Assembly (NCBI RefSeq): GCF_009914755.1
Contig: NC_060929.1
DNA length: 64,000 bases
Strand: one strand, 5' to 3'
From: the human T2T-CHM13v2.0 reference genome, Homo sapiens
Shown here piece after piece: positions 38,674 to 54,334 of the stretch (its first letter is position 1; the number at the start of each line of letters is the position of its first letter). Both the position numbers and the translations under genes were made by a program. The notes beneath the pieces are model-generated. The model was not told the origin of the DNA. It made no database searches and was given only the letters and a program-made list of their open reading frames with translations.

Positions 38674-41600
38674 TCACGCACAGAGAGAAAGGAAGAGAAA
38701 ACAAAGAGACAGAATTTCCTCCCTACCAAAGGGGCTTTGTTTTGATCAGCAAGTTTTTTTTTGGCTCATTGAACTAAATTCACAAATTAACAAAACTCCA
38801 CTATGAAGATCTGATGGAAGAAGGAATGGAAAACTCTTGACCTTTTGGATCCCAGTCCCCTGACCGGCCCTTTTCATCTTCCCTTATTAAATGGAAATGA
38901 TCAGTATGAGCTTTCAGATTTAGGCAAGACAGCTAAAAGCAAAATCTTGCCTTCTGAAAAAGATGGTAAAGGAAAAATTGGAGCTAATTAAATAATGAAA
39001 TCTGTTTAAATGAACCTATTTATGCCAATGAAATAGGCAGAATCATTCATTATGTAAATATGACCTTTAAGGACATATCACAAGTAAGTTGTGAATAATA
39101 ACCCCATGAATAATTGAGAATTGATGGTATTTAATATTTATTAAGTGACTTTCACATGGATTTGAGTTAAGTAAGTCAATTCCATGGGCCCAGTGATGGT
39201 ATCCATTTAATGATTTATTCAGCCTCTAAATATGATAGTAATGTTCTGTATGACAGTGAGCTAGAAATTGCACAATGGAGAATTCAAAATGAATAAGACA
39301 CTGTCCTTGTTTGCAAAGTTTTCATGTGGCAAATCCCTTAAGGAGAAAATAACACTTATTTACAGGATGAAAAGGTCAGCTCCACATAGTTGATCAGCAT
39401 TTAGAGTTTGAAATAATAATTGGGTGAGGTCTTGAGGGATGGATTTTTATTGGTGGTGATATTAAAAAGAGAGAATTTCAAGTATATGGAAGGTCAAAAT
39501 CCAAGGGCAATGAAAGTTCAGAAAAGTAATCCTTTTGAGCTGGGATACATGCAAAACGTGAGATAAAATCCTGGACAGATATAGGATAAAACCATGACTT
39601 TAAAGGGCTCACTGAAGAGTTTAGATTATTTTGAGAAGTCAGTCATGGAGACAGAACAAATGGATGAGATGTAGTATAATAAGTTCCAGTGTCTCCCATA
39701 CCCCAATAAGGATGTACATGAATTATAATCTAACAAAAGAGAAGGAAGCTTGGAAAGTGTTAGGATTCTATTTCTTTCTGCTTTTTCTACTTATGATTAC
39801 ATGGATTAGAATGTTATCTGCTGTGCTGAAACAGAGTTGAAATGTTACTTTAAGTAATCTGGTAAGTATGTTATTAAAATGACTATTTTACCAAGATTCA
39901 AAAAATTGAAATGTCAACATATGCCTAATCATCAATGTTGTTTTTGTGAATGGTAATAGCATCCATATTACCATCTTTTCCTTCCTCTTTCTTCCCTTCT
40001 TCTTCACAGTCTTTAATTTCTTAATTATTTAACCTTTGTGGATGAGTATTAAGCATATAAGTTAGAAAATACCAATTTTATTACTTTTTAAATGCTGAAA
40101 TAATTATTTTTAATGAGAGTATTATTGACAACCACTTCTTGTTATTACTGAAAGAGTAAACTTGAGTTTTGAACCAATGGGTTAAGGATTAAATCTGCAT
40201 TAATCTAAATAGGGAATTTTAAGGAATTTTTTATTCCAGAGTCTATGGTATCATAAACTTCTATTTAATGAAATAGATTATCAGAATCACCTTTCAATTT
40301 CATGGTCTGATGTAAAAAAAATTCTCCCTGAAACAGATACAGGGCTATAATCCTCAGATTACACGCACACCCAAACACACATACACAGGTTTGTATATAT
40401 TTGCCACCTCCAACCCAGGTACTGGTTTTATTTAAAGCATTCATTTTTTTTTTCTTAAACTATGCTCAAACCATGGTTGACAGTTTAAGAAAAGAACCAA
40501 TAGGATAAAATAGTGTATTCTATTCACAGCAACAGACTGAAATAGACTCAATATCTGATGTTGAACTTTCCAAATATATACAGAAAATTACATATAAGTT
40601 ATAACTCACACAACTCTTCTATCTCCTTATTCTATTTGTCCTAAGAATTTACAATAGAATGAAGTTCCTTCAAGTAAGAGACATTACAGTGCTGCATTGC
40701 TGAGACAAGCCTATAAAGAAAAGGAAGACGGTTTGATTTTGTCTACTGTGGTCTCCTTGTAGCCCTGGAATGTGAAAATGTACAAAATAATCTAATATCT
40801 CATAAACAAAGTAAAGTGGGTTTTTTTGGCCAGATATTTTCTAGATAGATATGAGAGAACTGTCAAGAAGCAAAAGATATTAAGATAACTCCATGTATTA
40901 AATCATTTCGATTTCATTGGATATGTCATGGACTTAAAAAAAATTCTCTTTTCCTTTTGTAAAGAAAAGTCACAGTTAAAAAACACAGAAAGAAAAGAGT
41001 TTGGAAATGTGTGAGGGAGAGATGAAAAAAGCTCTCTACAACTGGTTCAGAGATTAACCTGAGTGAGTCCAGTCACGTGCAAAGGCTTGCGGAGGTCTAG
41101 ACTGCAATGTCTGTAATTGAATTTTAAACTGGCTTTACATATTCCCAGAGAGAGCATATACCATGATGTGCTCATGAATGCAAGCCTTAATAGGAATTAC
41201 ATACTTTCACAAGCACTGTGCTTATAAAACCCCTTGAACCCTATTAATCCTATATTGAGGTTTTATGTTTCTTCTACTCAGAAAAATATCAGATTTATCT
41301 ATTGCCCATAGGATATTTGTTTTAAAGTGATACACTTCAGTTGGGCCTGTCTCCTGAAGAAGTTTTGTATAAAAATTATTCACTTGAATGCCAATGGAAT
41401 AGTTGAGTACAGAATCCCATTAATGTATCATAGAGTGATATTGCAGTTATGAAACATAAATCTTAAAGCTGTGAATCTCTGCATATAAACAGATTGGGAG
41501 TTTAGACTTGAGATGTATATAAAGGAATGATTACTAATGTCAAAGAATGTAATTTGAGGAAATATTTTGTTTTCTATTAATTGTATTCAGGCAATCTGCA

Positions 41601-41915
41601 GCCCAAAGTTTGAGTTCTAAATTATTCACCAACTGCCTTGAAGTACCATCAAACAAATTCTAAGATGTGACACTTGAGGGGGATCCTTCTGCCTCAATTT
41701 TTTAAGTCAGTGGAATAGGACTCTTCAATATATCAAACTCTGAAATTAAACAAGCTTTACAAAATAAGAAAGTGAGAATGGTACATTTTATAAATAACAC
41801 TGAGATTACATATCTTGCGTTATTCACCAAAATATATTTTAGATGGAATAGATTTAGTTTTTCTAAATATAAAAAGCAAGCATGCTAAGCAAAATATCTA
41901 TCACAGAAACAAAAC

Positions 41916-42212
41916 TTTTTTTTTTCGAGACAGAATCTCGCTTCATGGCCCAGGCTGGAGTGCAGTGGCCCGATCTCAGCTCACTGAAACCTCCACCTCC
42001 CTGGTTCAAGTGATTCTCCTGCCTCAGCCTCCTGAGTAACTGAGATTACAGGCATGTACCACCACACCCAGATAATTTTTAAATATTTTTAGTACAGACG
42101 GGATTTCACCATGTTGGTCAGGCTGATCTTGAACTCCTCGTCTCAAATGATCCATCTGCCTCGGCCTCCCAAAGTTCTAGGATTACAGGTGTGAGCCACC
42201 CCATGCCTGGCC
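41916..42212 (-). mobile_element. AluS
   Basis: Full dimer; TSD AAACAAAACTT on both sides. Confidence 0.92.
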
Positions 42213-42327
42213 AAAACAAAACTTCTTTACAATAAAAATTTAAAAAACAAAAAACAAAAGACTAGAAATAGTTGCTTAAAATAAAGAGTCAAATTTATGT
42301 GACAAAAAGAAATAAAATACATGTATA

Positions 42328-42393
42328 ACATTGTGCACATGTACCCTAAAACTTAAAGTATAATAATAATAAATTAATTAATTAAAAAAAAAG
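42328..42393 (+). mobile_element. Tiny 3'-terminal fragment of a young L1PA
   Basis: ACATTGTGCACATGTACCCTAAAACTTAAAGTATAATAATAATAAA plus an A-rich tail. Confidence 0.85.
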
Positions 42394-42529
42394 AAAACAA
42401 ACCAACAGATAAACATTGATTCATCAGGTAGATATTGAAAGATTCCAGCAGAGAGTTCAAGCAAATGGAAATATAAAGGGTAAACAAACAAATGGAAAAT
42501 AATATTGAGATAGTATTTTATACCATCTA

Positions 42530-43039
<510 letters not shown>

Positions 43040-45304
43040 TTAACTATACCAGTAAACACCTGGAAACATTCCAAATATCTAACATTTGAAGAATAATTAT
43101 TTCAAAGGTAGGATTATAACGGTTTTAAAATTTTCTTCTTTGCAATTTTTGGAGGCAGTCTTCAAACATTTAATACAAAAGTATTACTTTGGTAATCAGA
43201 AAATTACCTGTTAACAAATATTTAAAAATAATATGTGCATAATATAATATGAAAAATGAATATAAATGTATTAGGTTACAGATGTTTTTCACAGCAATGA
43301 GAAATTACTAAGGAAACGACTTAATACTGTTATACTCTTTGAAATTCTCTTTGGTAATTCTGCATTTACATAATAACATTTAATTAATTATAGCACTATT
43401 GTCTAATTGAGTACAATGACTTTGATGACATAACATAAAGCCTAGGCTTTTAAAGTCGCATTCCTGGAAGTGAGGGCATTTGGAATAATCTTTTTTTAAA
43501 AATGTTAAAATGTTATTTTATGACTATTCTTGGTTTTGTATAGTTTCTGATATATTACAAAATGCCTTTCGGTATGTATTAAATTCCCTAGCTTTGTTTA
43601 TAGTAGGGTAATTCATGCGTATTGGACAGGCCCCTGAAATTTTTGCCTAGAAATCAGCCATGAAATTTGAAAGAAAAAAATTGTGACCTGGGCAAGTTCC
43701 TTAATCTTACTATCATTTTCAATATTTGTATAAAGAAAGAGTTGACATACATAATTTCTTAGCAATCTAATAGGCCACGGTATTGTGAAAAACAACTTTA
43801 CAAATGTAAGAAATTAATAACATAATATTTCATTAATCTTAAATTCTCACAGTACAGTAAAACATATTGTTAGTCTTATCTATAAAATTTCAAATGTCCA
43901 CATGAAAATTAAAAACAAGCCCATTTAGATTTTGCAAAGATCTGAATGTTTAATATTATTTTTATATATTGCTATTGACCCAATGTTTAAATCATTAGCT
44001 GGATTTTTACCATTTTCATGAGTATAAATGAATGTGTATATATGTGCATATATGAATCCATATAGTTATGCACATTCACATACATACTATATATAATCAA
44101 CATAACATATAGAATCAAAATATTATTTGTCTTTTGACTTCCCGGTTTTACAAAGGCAGCATTAGACAAAGCTATATTTCTCAAAACACATTTGTTTTTC
44201 AAGAAAAAATATGCAGAGCCCTATTTTTCTATCAGTTCGTATTATACATTAAAGATTTATTATGCACTTGCTACTGATGTTAAAATACTTTAAAATTCAG
44301 TGAGCAAGAGATACTGTTTCTATGGCATATTTTGCTTCAAATATCCACATGCATAAACATGAATAGATTGTGGGACAATTATTATTTAAATAAATGTCTC
44401 AATTTTTTATAGACAGGCTAAGTGATACATGCAATGCTCAGTAATACACGCAATGCTGAGCAACACATGCAACAGCATACATAAGCTGACATATTTGTAC
44501 CAAACATCACATTTGTCATACAATGTATTCTGTTGTCAGATTTGCAGAATATGGGGCAGTACAATATAAGAATGACAAATTTTGAACAAAAAGAGTTCCT
44601 TTCCCCATGAATAGGACAGAGAAAAGTGGTGTAATATTTATTATAATAAATATCTTAGTAAAACATATAAAATGCAATCATGGGGGGGAAGGCAGAATTA
44701 TTTGTTTTCCAAAGTGCAAAAAGGAACTGTCTCTTTTGAATACACACCTATTCAAGAACATACTCAAGAAAAGTAAACACATAATAGTAGTTACCTCTGG
44801 GTGGGAAGGAAAGGTGATAGAATTGGGGAAGGGTACACTAGGGGCCCCAGTTTTACCTTTAGTGTTGTATGGTTTGAACTCTTTGATGCATAAATGGCTA
44901 CACTATCATCTATTTTTACATGCCTGAAATATTTAATATTTTAACATAATAATATAAAATATATTTCTATACTCTAGAGTATATTTATCTTTAATATTCT
45001 ATAATTTGTAAAATAATACCTATTAGTTTATCATTCATGTTCATTCTAAACACTACGCATACTTCTTACTCATTTCTTTTTATCCTTTTCAATCTGTATC
45101 AAAATAGTAGAGCTTTACACAAATTTTTATCTAAATATCATCTTTCAATTATTTTCACAGTGATTAAAAACAAAGTTTAAAAAAAACTAGAAAAAAATAA
45201 AGGTGAACATTGACCTGAGGGTGAGGAAAGCTTTTATATGAATGAAAGTCATAGATCAAATTTTCCAAAAGAAAAGTGATTCTTTTGTCTATAGTTGTAT
45301 ATTA

Positions 45305-45723
<419 letters not shown>

Positions 45724-48266
45724 CTAATGTACAATTCACAATAGAAAATTCTTTTACACTATAAAAATATTTGCAGCCTCAATGTTAATCAATTGAGATA
45801 AATTAGATTTTATCCAACATATTAATTTTATAAATACTTAACTATAAAAAAACTCAATATTTGAGATGGTGCAGTGATACAGCGATACAGCAGTGTAATA
45901 CGCTACAAGCACACTGCTAACAGTCTCTGAAAAGCAGAACACGATGTCACCTTTAAAATGTTCTTTAACTCTATACATCATATTTCTGAGAATGCATCTT
46001 AATGCACCAATCCAGGATTGACCTTCAAGTATGCTTATCTTAAAACAATTAAAAACAGCCAATGTCCAATATGAAGAGAATGGTTGAATAAAAGGTAGGA
46101 ATATAAAATCATGTTATAGAAGATTATGGAATATAGGATGGTATGAAATAACATAAATATAAATCTCAGTTTACTATTTTTAAAGACTAAGTATTAAAAT
46201 TCTCATTGGAAGTTGAAGGTTTGAATCCTAATCACTCCAACACTGTACAATTGCATTATAAAATATTTTCTTTACACATTCTAACACAAGAGTTAGTGTA
46301 TCACTAGATAAAAGTTCCATATGAGTTATTTATAAAAGTAGAAAATACTTTATTGCTGCTGGTGTCCTGAAACTGAATAATAAATTCATCTATAAATCAT
46401 TTAGTACCTTAATGTCTGTGGGCCCACTTACTGTGTTAAGTGCAGAAAATTATTAACAGTCTGGACTTTCTAAGTACATAATTTTCTATTGTTTATTCTT
46501 TGTTTTATAAAGTGCCCACATGTTCAAAATATTTTTGATAATGACCAAGTAGTCTACTTTCTTGATGACCTGGAACAGTCATCCTTTTTTTTCTTGCTGG
46601 TATTTTTGTTCTAAAAGGGAAAAGAGTGTGGAAAAGGATAATGGATTACTTTATAAGCATTGTCTTGACGACTTGGCAACAATAATCAATACTCAAAAAC
46701 TTTTAAGTTCTTAACACATTTATACCTTGTAAATAGGGGCACAATCACGTGGAATTCATAGGCAGTTTGCTTTTCTTGTACCATCACTCAATTTTTTGAA
46801 TTAAAGATTTTATATGAGACTTCGGAATTAATGATACAAAGATGCATGAATGAAAATAGAGATAAACCCAATTGTGGAATTAAATATACAATCAGTAGCT
46901 AAGAACAAGGAGATAATGATGCTTCAGCAATCTTAGGAATTATTCAGGTAAAGAGGGGCAAGCACAGCACTTTGCACTGAAGAGGACTTTAGAGATCAAC
47001 TACCCAACACTCTCCTTTTAAATTAGAGGAAACTGAGCCTATGAGGATTTAAGTAATTTGCCTGTGATCACTCAGCTAACTAGTAGCATAGGAGGAACAA
47101 CAATAAAGGTCTAGATTTACAGTAAATTTATCTATTAATTCATTTCTACATAACTGCTTCTTGCATTCAATGCACCTAGTGTAAGTCAAAGTCAGGTATG
47201 CAATATGGAAAATGGTTTAGTCTCTTTGTACTCCAAATCCAGGATCAAAACAACAGAAAAATACCAGAAAGACAAAAACAAAACAAACAAACAAAAACCT
47301 CAAGAGGGCACTGAGCAGAGATACTGAATCAATGACAAGCTCTTCCCAATCTCCTTCCGTCCCCATCCCCAAAGGCTCTGGGTCAGACTAAAAAGACTAC
47401 TGAACTACATCAAACAATTTGTGTCTATGTCCCACATTTTCCTAAATGTGTGACCTTGGACACTTTTCTGTGCCATCCTGAACCTCAGTTTTATCATCTA
47501 GTCAAAACTCAAGATGATCTCTGAAAGGTCCCTTCTTCCTATATGTCACTACGCAGGTGAAATACACCAGGATTTGCCCTGCCTTGTCTTTCTGTTCTTT
47601 TTAAAACCCTTCGTCCAGTCAATAAGCCCAGTTTTTAAAAATTCTTGCAGTTTCTATTCAAAAGAAAAAAATCTAAAGGGTGTGTCTAATAACAAGTGCT
47701 CTCAATATGACCATAATTGTACTATTGACATTTTGGTGTTTCAGGGTAATACAATTTACTGAAAAAGAAGAATTAACTCTGGCTATATAAAGTTGCCGTA
47801 TATTTATTTAAAATTTCACGTATTTTCTTCCACAAAACTTGATTTTCCTCTTTCAAATCATAGGATATGAAGAACTTTTCATTAGTAACATGAAAGCTAC
47901 TGACTACATGTCTAAAAGATTCATCTTTATTTACATATCTAGGTTCTTCTCTTTTAATCAACCTGAAATTACGTTTTTCTAGTAGTTAAAACTAAACATT
48001 CTCTTAGTAAAATACAGAAGATAACAGGAGAAGAAAAAGCTGACTATGGAAAATTTTTCTAACTGTATGTCATCTAAGTTTAACGGTAAACTTCTAGTAG
48101 TCTCTCGGGTCCTAAAATGCTTCAAATGAATTCATAATCTGAATGGGCTTTTAAACAACATTGGGATTAGGAGTCTGGCCCTACCTTCTCTGGAGCAAAC
48201 ATATTGTTGAGAATGGTTTGCACCAGAAGGATCTTCTATCACCAGTATTACTGTTGTTGTTACTGA

Positions 48267-48801
<535 letters not shown>

Positions 48802-49579
48802 TAATTCTAGAACTTCTTTTATCTGTACCTCAATGTGGTAAGCATTATGTGATGTAGGCACAAGGGTTTTCTATTTTCATACCAGGTGTGCAGTAATCAG
48901 GCATTCTAAATTTAGCCCAAGAAACACACTTAGGTAATGCCCTGAAACAGTCATTGCTATTCCTTATCTGGGAATTCTGTTATCATTTTGCATTTGCAAA
49001 AATAGTCATTCTATAATATAGAAGTATTCTTTCACATTGGCCTCCCACATTGCTGGAAACATTTCTTTATATTTACTCTTCCCCCAAAAAAGAATGAGTG
49101 GGAAACATAGTTAATATTTATTTTGAAAGAAAATAGGGCTTAATAAAGGGAACAATTACATATTTAGTCAAGGTAGATTAATAGCTGAGGTTTACCACTT
49201 AGCACACTGCAAACAAAATCTAACACGATACTATTGCACTAATACTAGAGCAATCATTACACCAGTAGGTGTGCCAAATGTGGAACTCAATAACAAAGCC
49301 TACTTAAAATGATCAAGTATTATAAGTTAGTACATGATCAGTGATTATTCTATAAAGTGGGGTTTGGGAAGCTAAACAAACCCTAAATTTTTTCCTTATT
49401 CTTCATAATCAAAACACATTACAGATAGACAAAAGTTAAATATAAAAAAAGAGAGCCCCCAAAAAATGGTAAAGTAAAAAAAGATTTAAGAAGCTTAAAA
49501 TGGAGTCACATTTCTAAACATGACATAAAAGCACACAGAGGAATGACTGTTAAACCTTGATCTATTCAAAACATTTTAG

Positions 49580-49955
49580 AAACAAAAGATTAAATAACTC
49601 CACCAAAAAATGAGTACATAACTTGAACAGACATTTCTTCAAAGATGATATACAGATGGCCAACAAGTACATGAAAAGCTGCTCAACATTACTAATAGAG
49701 AGATACAAATCAAAACCTCAATAAGATATAATTTCATGCCCATTAGGATAGCTACTGTAAACACACACACACACGTAAGTGTTGACAAGAATATGGAGAA
49801 ATTGAACCCTCGTGCACTGTTGATAGGATTGTAAAATGGTGCAACCACTATGGAAAACAGTATGAAAAAATATATTAAAAATAGAACTATCTTAAGACAC
49901 ACTTAGATATATATCCCAAAAGAATTAAAAGCAGGCTCTTAAAGAGACATTTGTG
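49580..49955 (+). mobile_element. L1MA/L1MB ORF2 3' fragment
   Basis: GAACAGACATTTCTTCAAAGATGATATACAGATGGCCAACAAG...GTAAAATGGTGCAACCACTATGGAAAACAGTATG. Confidence 0.85.
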
Positions 49956-52900
49956 CAAGTTTCTTCTCTCAAAAGCAGACTCATATTGTACAAGCCCATA
50001 TGACTGCTGAACAGAGTCCAAATATTCTTTATTTCCTTTCATTGAGCACTACAATCATCACTCAAATCATTACACTTCAATCAGCCTGACACAGAACTGT
50101 GTTCTTTAGGACTCAGTAGAGAGTACTATGTAACAATGAAGATCAGAAAATGTCTTTGGAAGCATGGAACCAGACAAAACAAAAGATGACAGACAGATCG
50201 ATAGATAGATACAGATCGATAATAGATCCATAGATAGAATGCAGTTAATAAGGTGATTTATATAATCTAAATGCTTAATGTCAGCTTGTTAACCAATAGT
50301 TCCTCACTCTCATAAACAGTGTTTGAATACATACTGCCAATTGTTTATGCCTGCTCAAATTCTTACCAGTCCTACCATCTGATTGACCTGTCAACTCAAT
50401 CTCTTTAAAACATTGCATCTTAGTTCTGATGCATTAAGTGTAGATTTTGTATGTTAATTCATAATGGAGGAATCTTATTTCTCTGATTTTGACATCTCTT
50501 CTTTCCCACTGTACTGTATGCAAGCAGTATAGAACACTTTGGAGTTAATTGTGACTGTAATATTAATTCTAGACAAACTACAACAGAAGACACATCATGG
50601 CAGAATATACTTTAATATTCCTATATTGTAACCCACAACTTTTGATCACTTTACAAGGTCAAACTTTGTTATTGCTGAGCATCACAGTAATCCAATGACT
50701 ATAACAAAAAGCTGATGACCTTAACTTTCCAGGTGGCCCTAGTATAAAGCCTGACTTTGATGTATCTAAACAAGCACAAATATAGAACTCATCATGAGGT
50801 CTATTAGAATCATAAAATCTTCTGAGAGGAAGCTATCTAGAGCCACCCTGCTTAAGAGATTTAAAAGCAGACAGATCAAAGCATGTGTCATTGAGAATCC
50901 TGCTGGTTGTCATGAGAGAAGGGGTAAAATTACAAACCCATTCAGTTGTATCCATTACTGTAATGACCTGAAATAGACTAGAATGATGAAAATGAAGGGT
51001 GAGTAGCATTGGGTCATAATAATAGTAATCACATATCATGTGACAGTAGTATTGAATTTTTCTTTTGTACAGCAAAGACAGTGTTGTATTTTTTTCCTGG
51101 ATAGCTATGGTAACAAGCTTTATTTCTGAATGCCTGATTTCCTGTCTATAGACCCACACATCTGAGTAATATGCCTATCCCAAACATTCATTGTGATATC
51201 AAGGATGAGTCAAAAAACAAGATGGACATATGCCAAACAATTTTATGTGAAGGGTAAAATCTGTATTTCCATTGATTACCAAACTGAATTTTGCACAGGT
51301 AAAAAGCAATGGTGTCACATAATCCTGCATCTTATCAGCTTTCACATCTCATGCTTTCTTCAATGAATATGGTGTTCAGATTATATGGTTAGGGAAAGAA
51401 GAGGCTAAAAATGCCTACATATCTAGCATGCTGAAAGAAAAAGTCTAGAACAGAAAGGTTCTCTTTTCAGGATAAGCCAGTCTCTAGAAGTTAGAGCTTA
51501 GGACAATCTCCAGGGGAAAAATTCTCGGGTGATGCTAGTTATAATTCTATGCTCCATGGAGCCTTCAATTGACTGTGTATTTCTTAGAGTTCTCCCTTTA
51601 AAATATATTTCTCTTCAAATTGACGCTATGCCTCTTTTAAATGGGCCACCCTGTATATTCTGAATGAGCTTTTTCCAGTAAAGAACTGTGTTGATGTAAA
51701 TCTACGTTGGCAAGAGCGTCATCAGAGTCAGCTGGGAGTGACAGGCATGTTCTAGCCAATTCTGGACAGTGTGTTGAAATATGCTTCCCAGGCTGCAAGA
51801 GCAAATGCACAAAAGCAAGCCCACGTCTTGACAGGGGTGACGTGCTGATCAGCAAAGCCCTGGCTCTGTGAGAACATAAAATACGCACCAGGAGCATTTC
51901 TTGAGGAGAAGCCAACCAATCAATCACAGCAAGAGCCACATAATCCTTACAGGTTAAAAGGTGCCAGAGCTTACCCTTTTCCTTAGGGCAAAAAAAAAGA
52001 AAGAAAGAAAAAAATGTTTGCACATGTTGCTTGCAGGGCGCACTCCTAAGACACAGAAGATCGTATTTCCTAATAACTGCCAGCCAGTACAACTAATATA
52101 AATATGCAAGCAGGCAGTAAGAACCAACAATTCAAACTCCAAAGAGAAAGCTATACATTTCATATTTGTTTTATTAACAATTATGATAATGAAAATATTC
52201 CTGTATAAATGTTAAAACCTGGCATCATCTTGTAAAAGTATTTCATGCCAACACATAAAACCTATTTATTTAAGAAAAGCAATATCATTGTGATAATTAT
52301 GTGTATAAACTGTTGTGACAAATGCAATATATATATTTTTTCAAAAATATTTTTCAGTTCTTCAATATCTAGGCTGAACATCATATTCAAGAACAGGATT
52401 TTGTGTCCAAATCATGGAAAAAATGGCAATTTCATATTAGAAAATCTGTGCCAGGGCTATACATCTGCAAACTAGCAATTTCCCAATTGTTTTTCTGTAT
52501 CTTCTGTCATCTGTCTCATTCTTGGAGCATACACACACGGCCAAGATGTGAGAATAATATGACTTTACCAGACAGGAATGTTGAAGTGAAGATGACTGGG
52601 CAGACCTGGCCAGTCTGGTACCCACCACCTCTCCCCTCAATTTCTATAAATGCAGTGAGGATGAATTACTGTTTCTGGAACTAATTAAATAGACCAAAGA
52701 AACCGGCCATCCCAGCAGAGGAGTTTGTGCTTGTCTGACTACATGGTCTTAAAACCAAGGTCCTTGTCTTGAATACACAACCGTCACCACACAAAGTCCA
52801 AGACTGCCAGGTCATTGCTCATCACCAGATGGCTCTGTAAATCCCCTACTTTGAAATCCCCAGCCTTCCCCAATTCCTGCAAACTCGCCAGCGTGACTCC

Positions 52901-54334
52901 TAGCGTTCAGTCTGTCATCAGCAAAATCTCCTTATGCTCCTGTATCTTCAGCATGTTCTCTGACTTTCCTGCACCATCTTGCTCTGACACTACTGGCTGC
53001 CCACCGAGAATACGGATTTACTTCAGCCCTCTGATGCAGTGGCTATTTTTCCTTCCACATGTTTGTACCTCTGCCCCTAGTGAAGTAGGAGTCTTTCTCA
53101 TTCTTCTCTGCTGCTTCCAGACCATGATCTCTTCCTTGCCCTAAAATGTCTTTGTAACTCACATCATTAATCTGCTCCCCTCCTAATCCAGTTTTCTACT
53201 GACCTAAAGGTCTCTCCTCTCAGTCTTTAAACATTTTAGCCCTGTCTCTCTCCAGCGCAAACTCTTACATAACTCATAATTATCTTTTCCTCCCACGGTC
53301 TCCCAGTTTCTGGATCTCCCTTCAGATAATCTTACCTGAAACCTCCTTTCCTTACCATAAGCAAGGCCTTGCCATGACAGATAACGGTGCCCCATAACCA
53401 CTGTTAAGCGTCTCTCCCTACCTTCTCTCTTTCTAGCTCATCCCCTCCAGTATTCTGACTCCAAAAATCTTCCAAACCCAATGAGTCCTCCAGTGCATTG
53501 ACCTTAGAAGTTGTTCTGACCCTCACCAAACTTATGTCCCCTTTTCCTTAGTGAGCTTAGAGTAAATATGGCAGCATAATCACTTCTTTGCATATCCTTT
53601 TAAAACTCAGACTTCACTGAAATATCTCATCTCTGTTAAACCAACCTTTTTCAAACCGTGCTTGTTGTGGCCTAAGCAGTCAATGATAGTTGAGGAAAAA
53701 CACAACCATGATGACTTTGAATTTGTAACTACTGGCCTGAGGTGGCTCCTTAGTGCCGTCTGGGAATTTCACATTTCTCTAGACAAAGCACTCTCTCCTC
53801 CCAGAGATGATGGATCATTTCTCACCTTCTCTCTCCTCAAACCTCCAACATCTGTTCTCTGTCTTTACATTGATGAGCTTATTATTTTATCACAAAATAG
53901 AAGGAATTAAGAGACACTTTTCATACACTCTGAAACCAGATCTATCAAGATACTGACCTCCTATACTCTCAGACTGTCCTACTCTTCTTTCTCATTTATT
54001 GTGAGGACTGAACAATCAGCACTCCCATTAAGGGCAACTCCTTGGCTTGTGCACTATCTGAACTTCTCCTTACCCCTATTCCCCCAAAGCCTCCTCAAGA
54101 ATATTGCTCCTGCAATTGTCCCCAGTTTCTCATGATCAAATGTCCCCTTTCTGCTGCTTCTTTCTCAAAACCACACAAACATAATACAATTGACAACACA
54201 CCCTTTGCCCATATCTCATTTTTCTTCCTATCCCCTCCAACTGACTTTACAACAAAACTCCAAGAGTTAACAATTGCCACCACTTCTTTTCCCATCATCT
54301 CTTGAATCCACTTGACTTAGTCCTTTTATAAGGA

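Noticed and set aside
50188-50237. GATA/GATC-like degenerate tetranucleotide repeat
   Set aside because: An ordinary decayed microsatellite
51637-52092. 151-aa minus-strand ORF in non-repeat DNA
   Set aside because: Non-ATG start, no recognisable domain, and it crosses a low-complexity tract; no resemblance to known PDE4D N-termini
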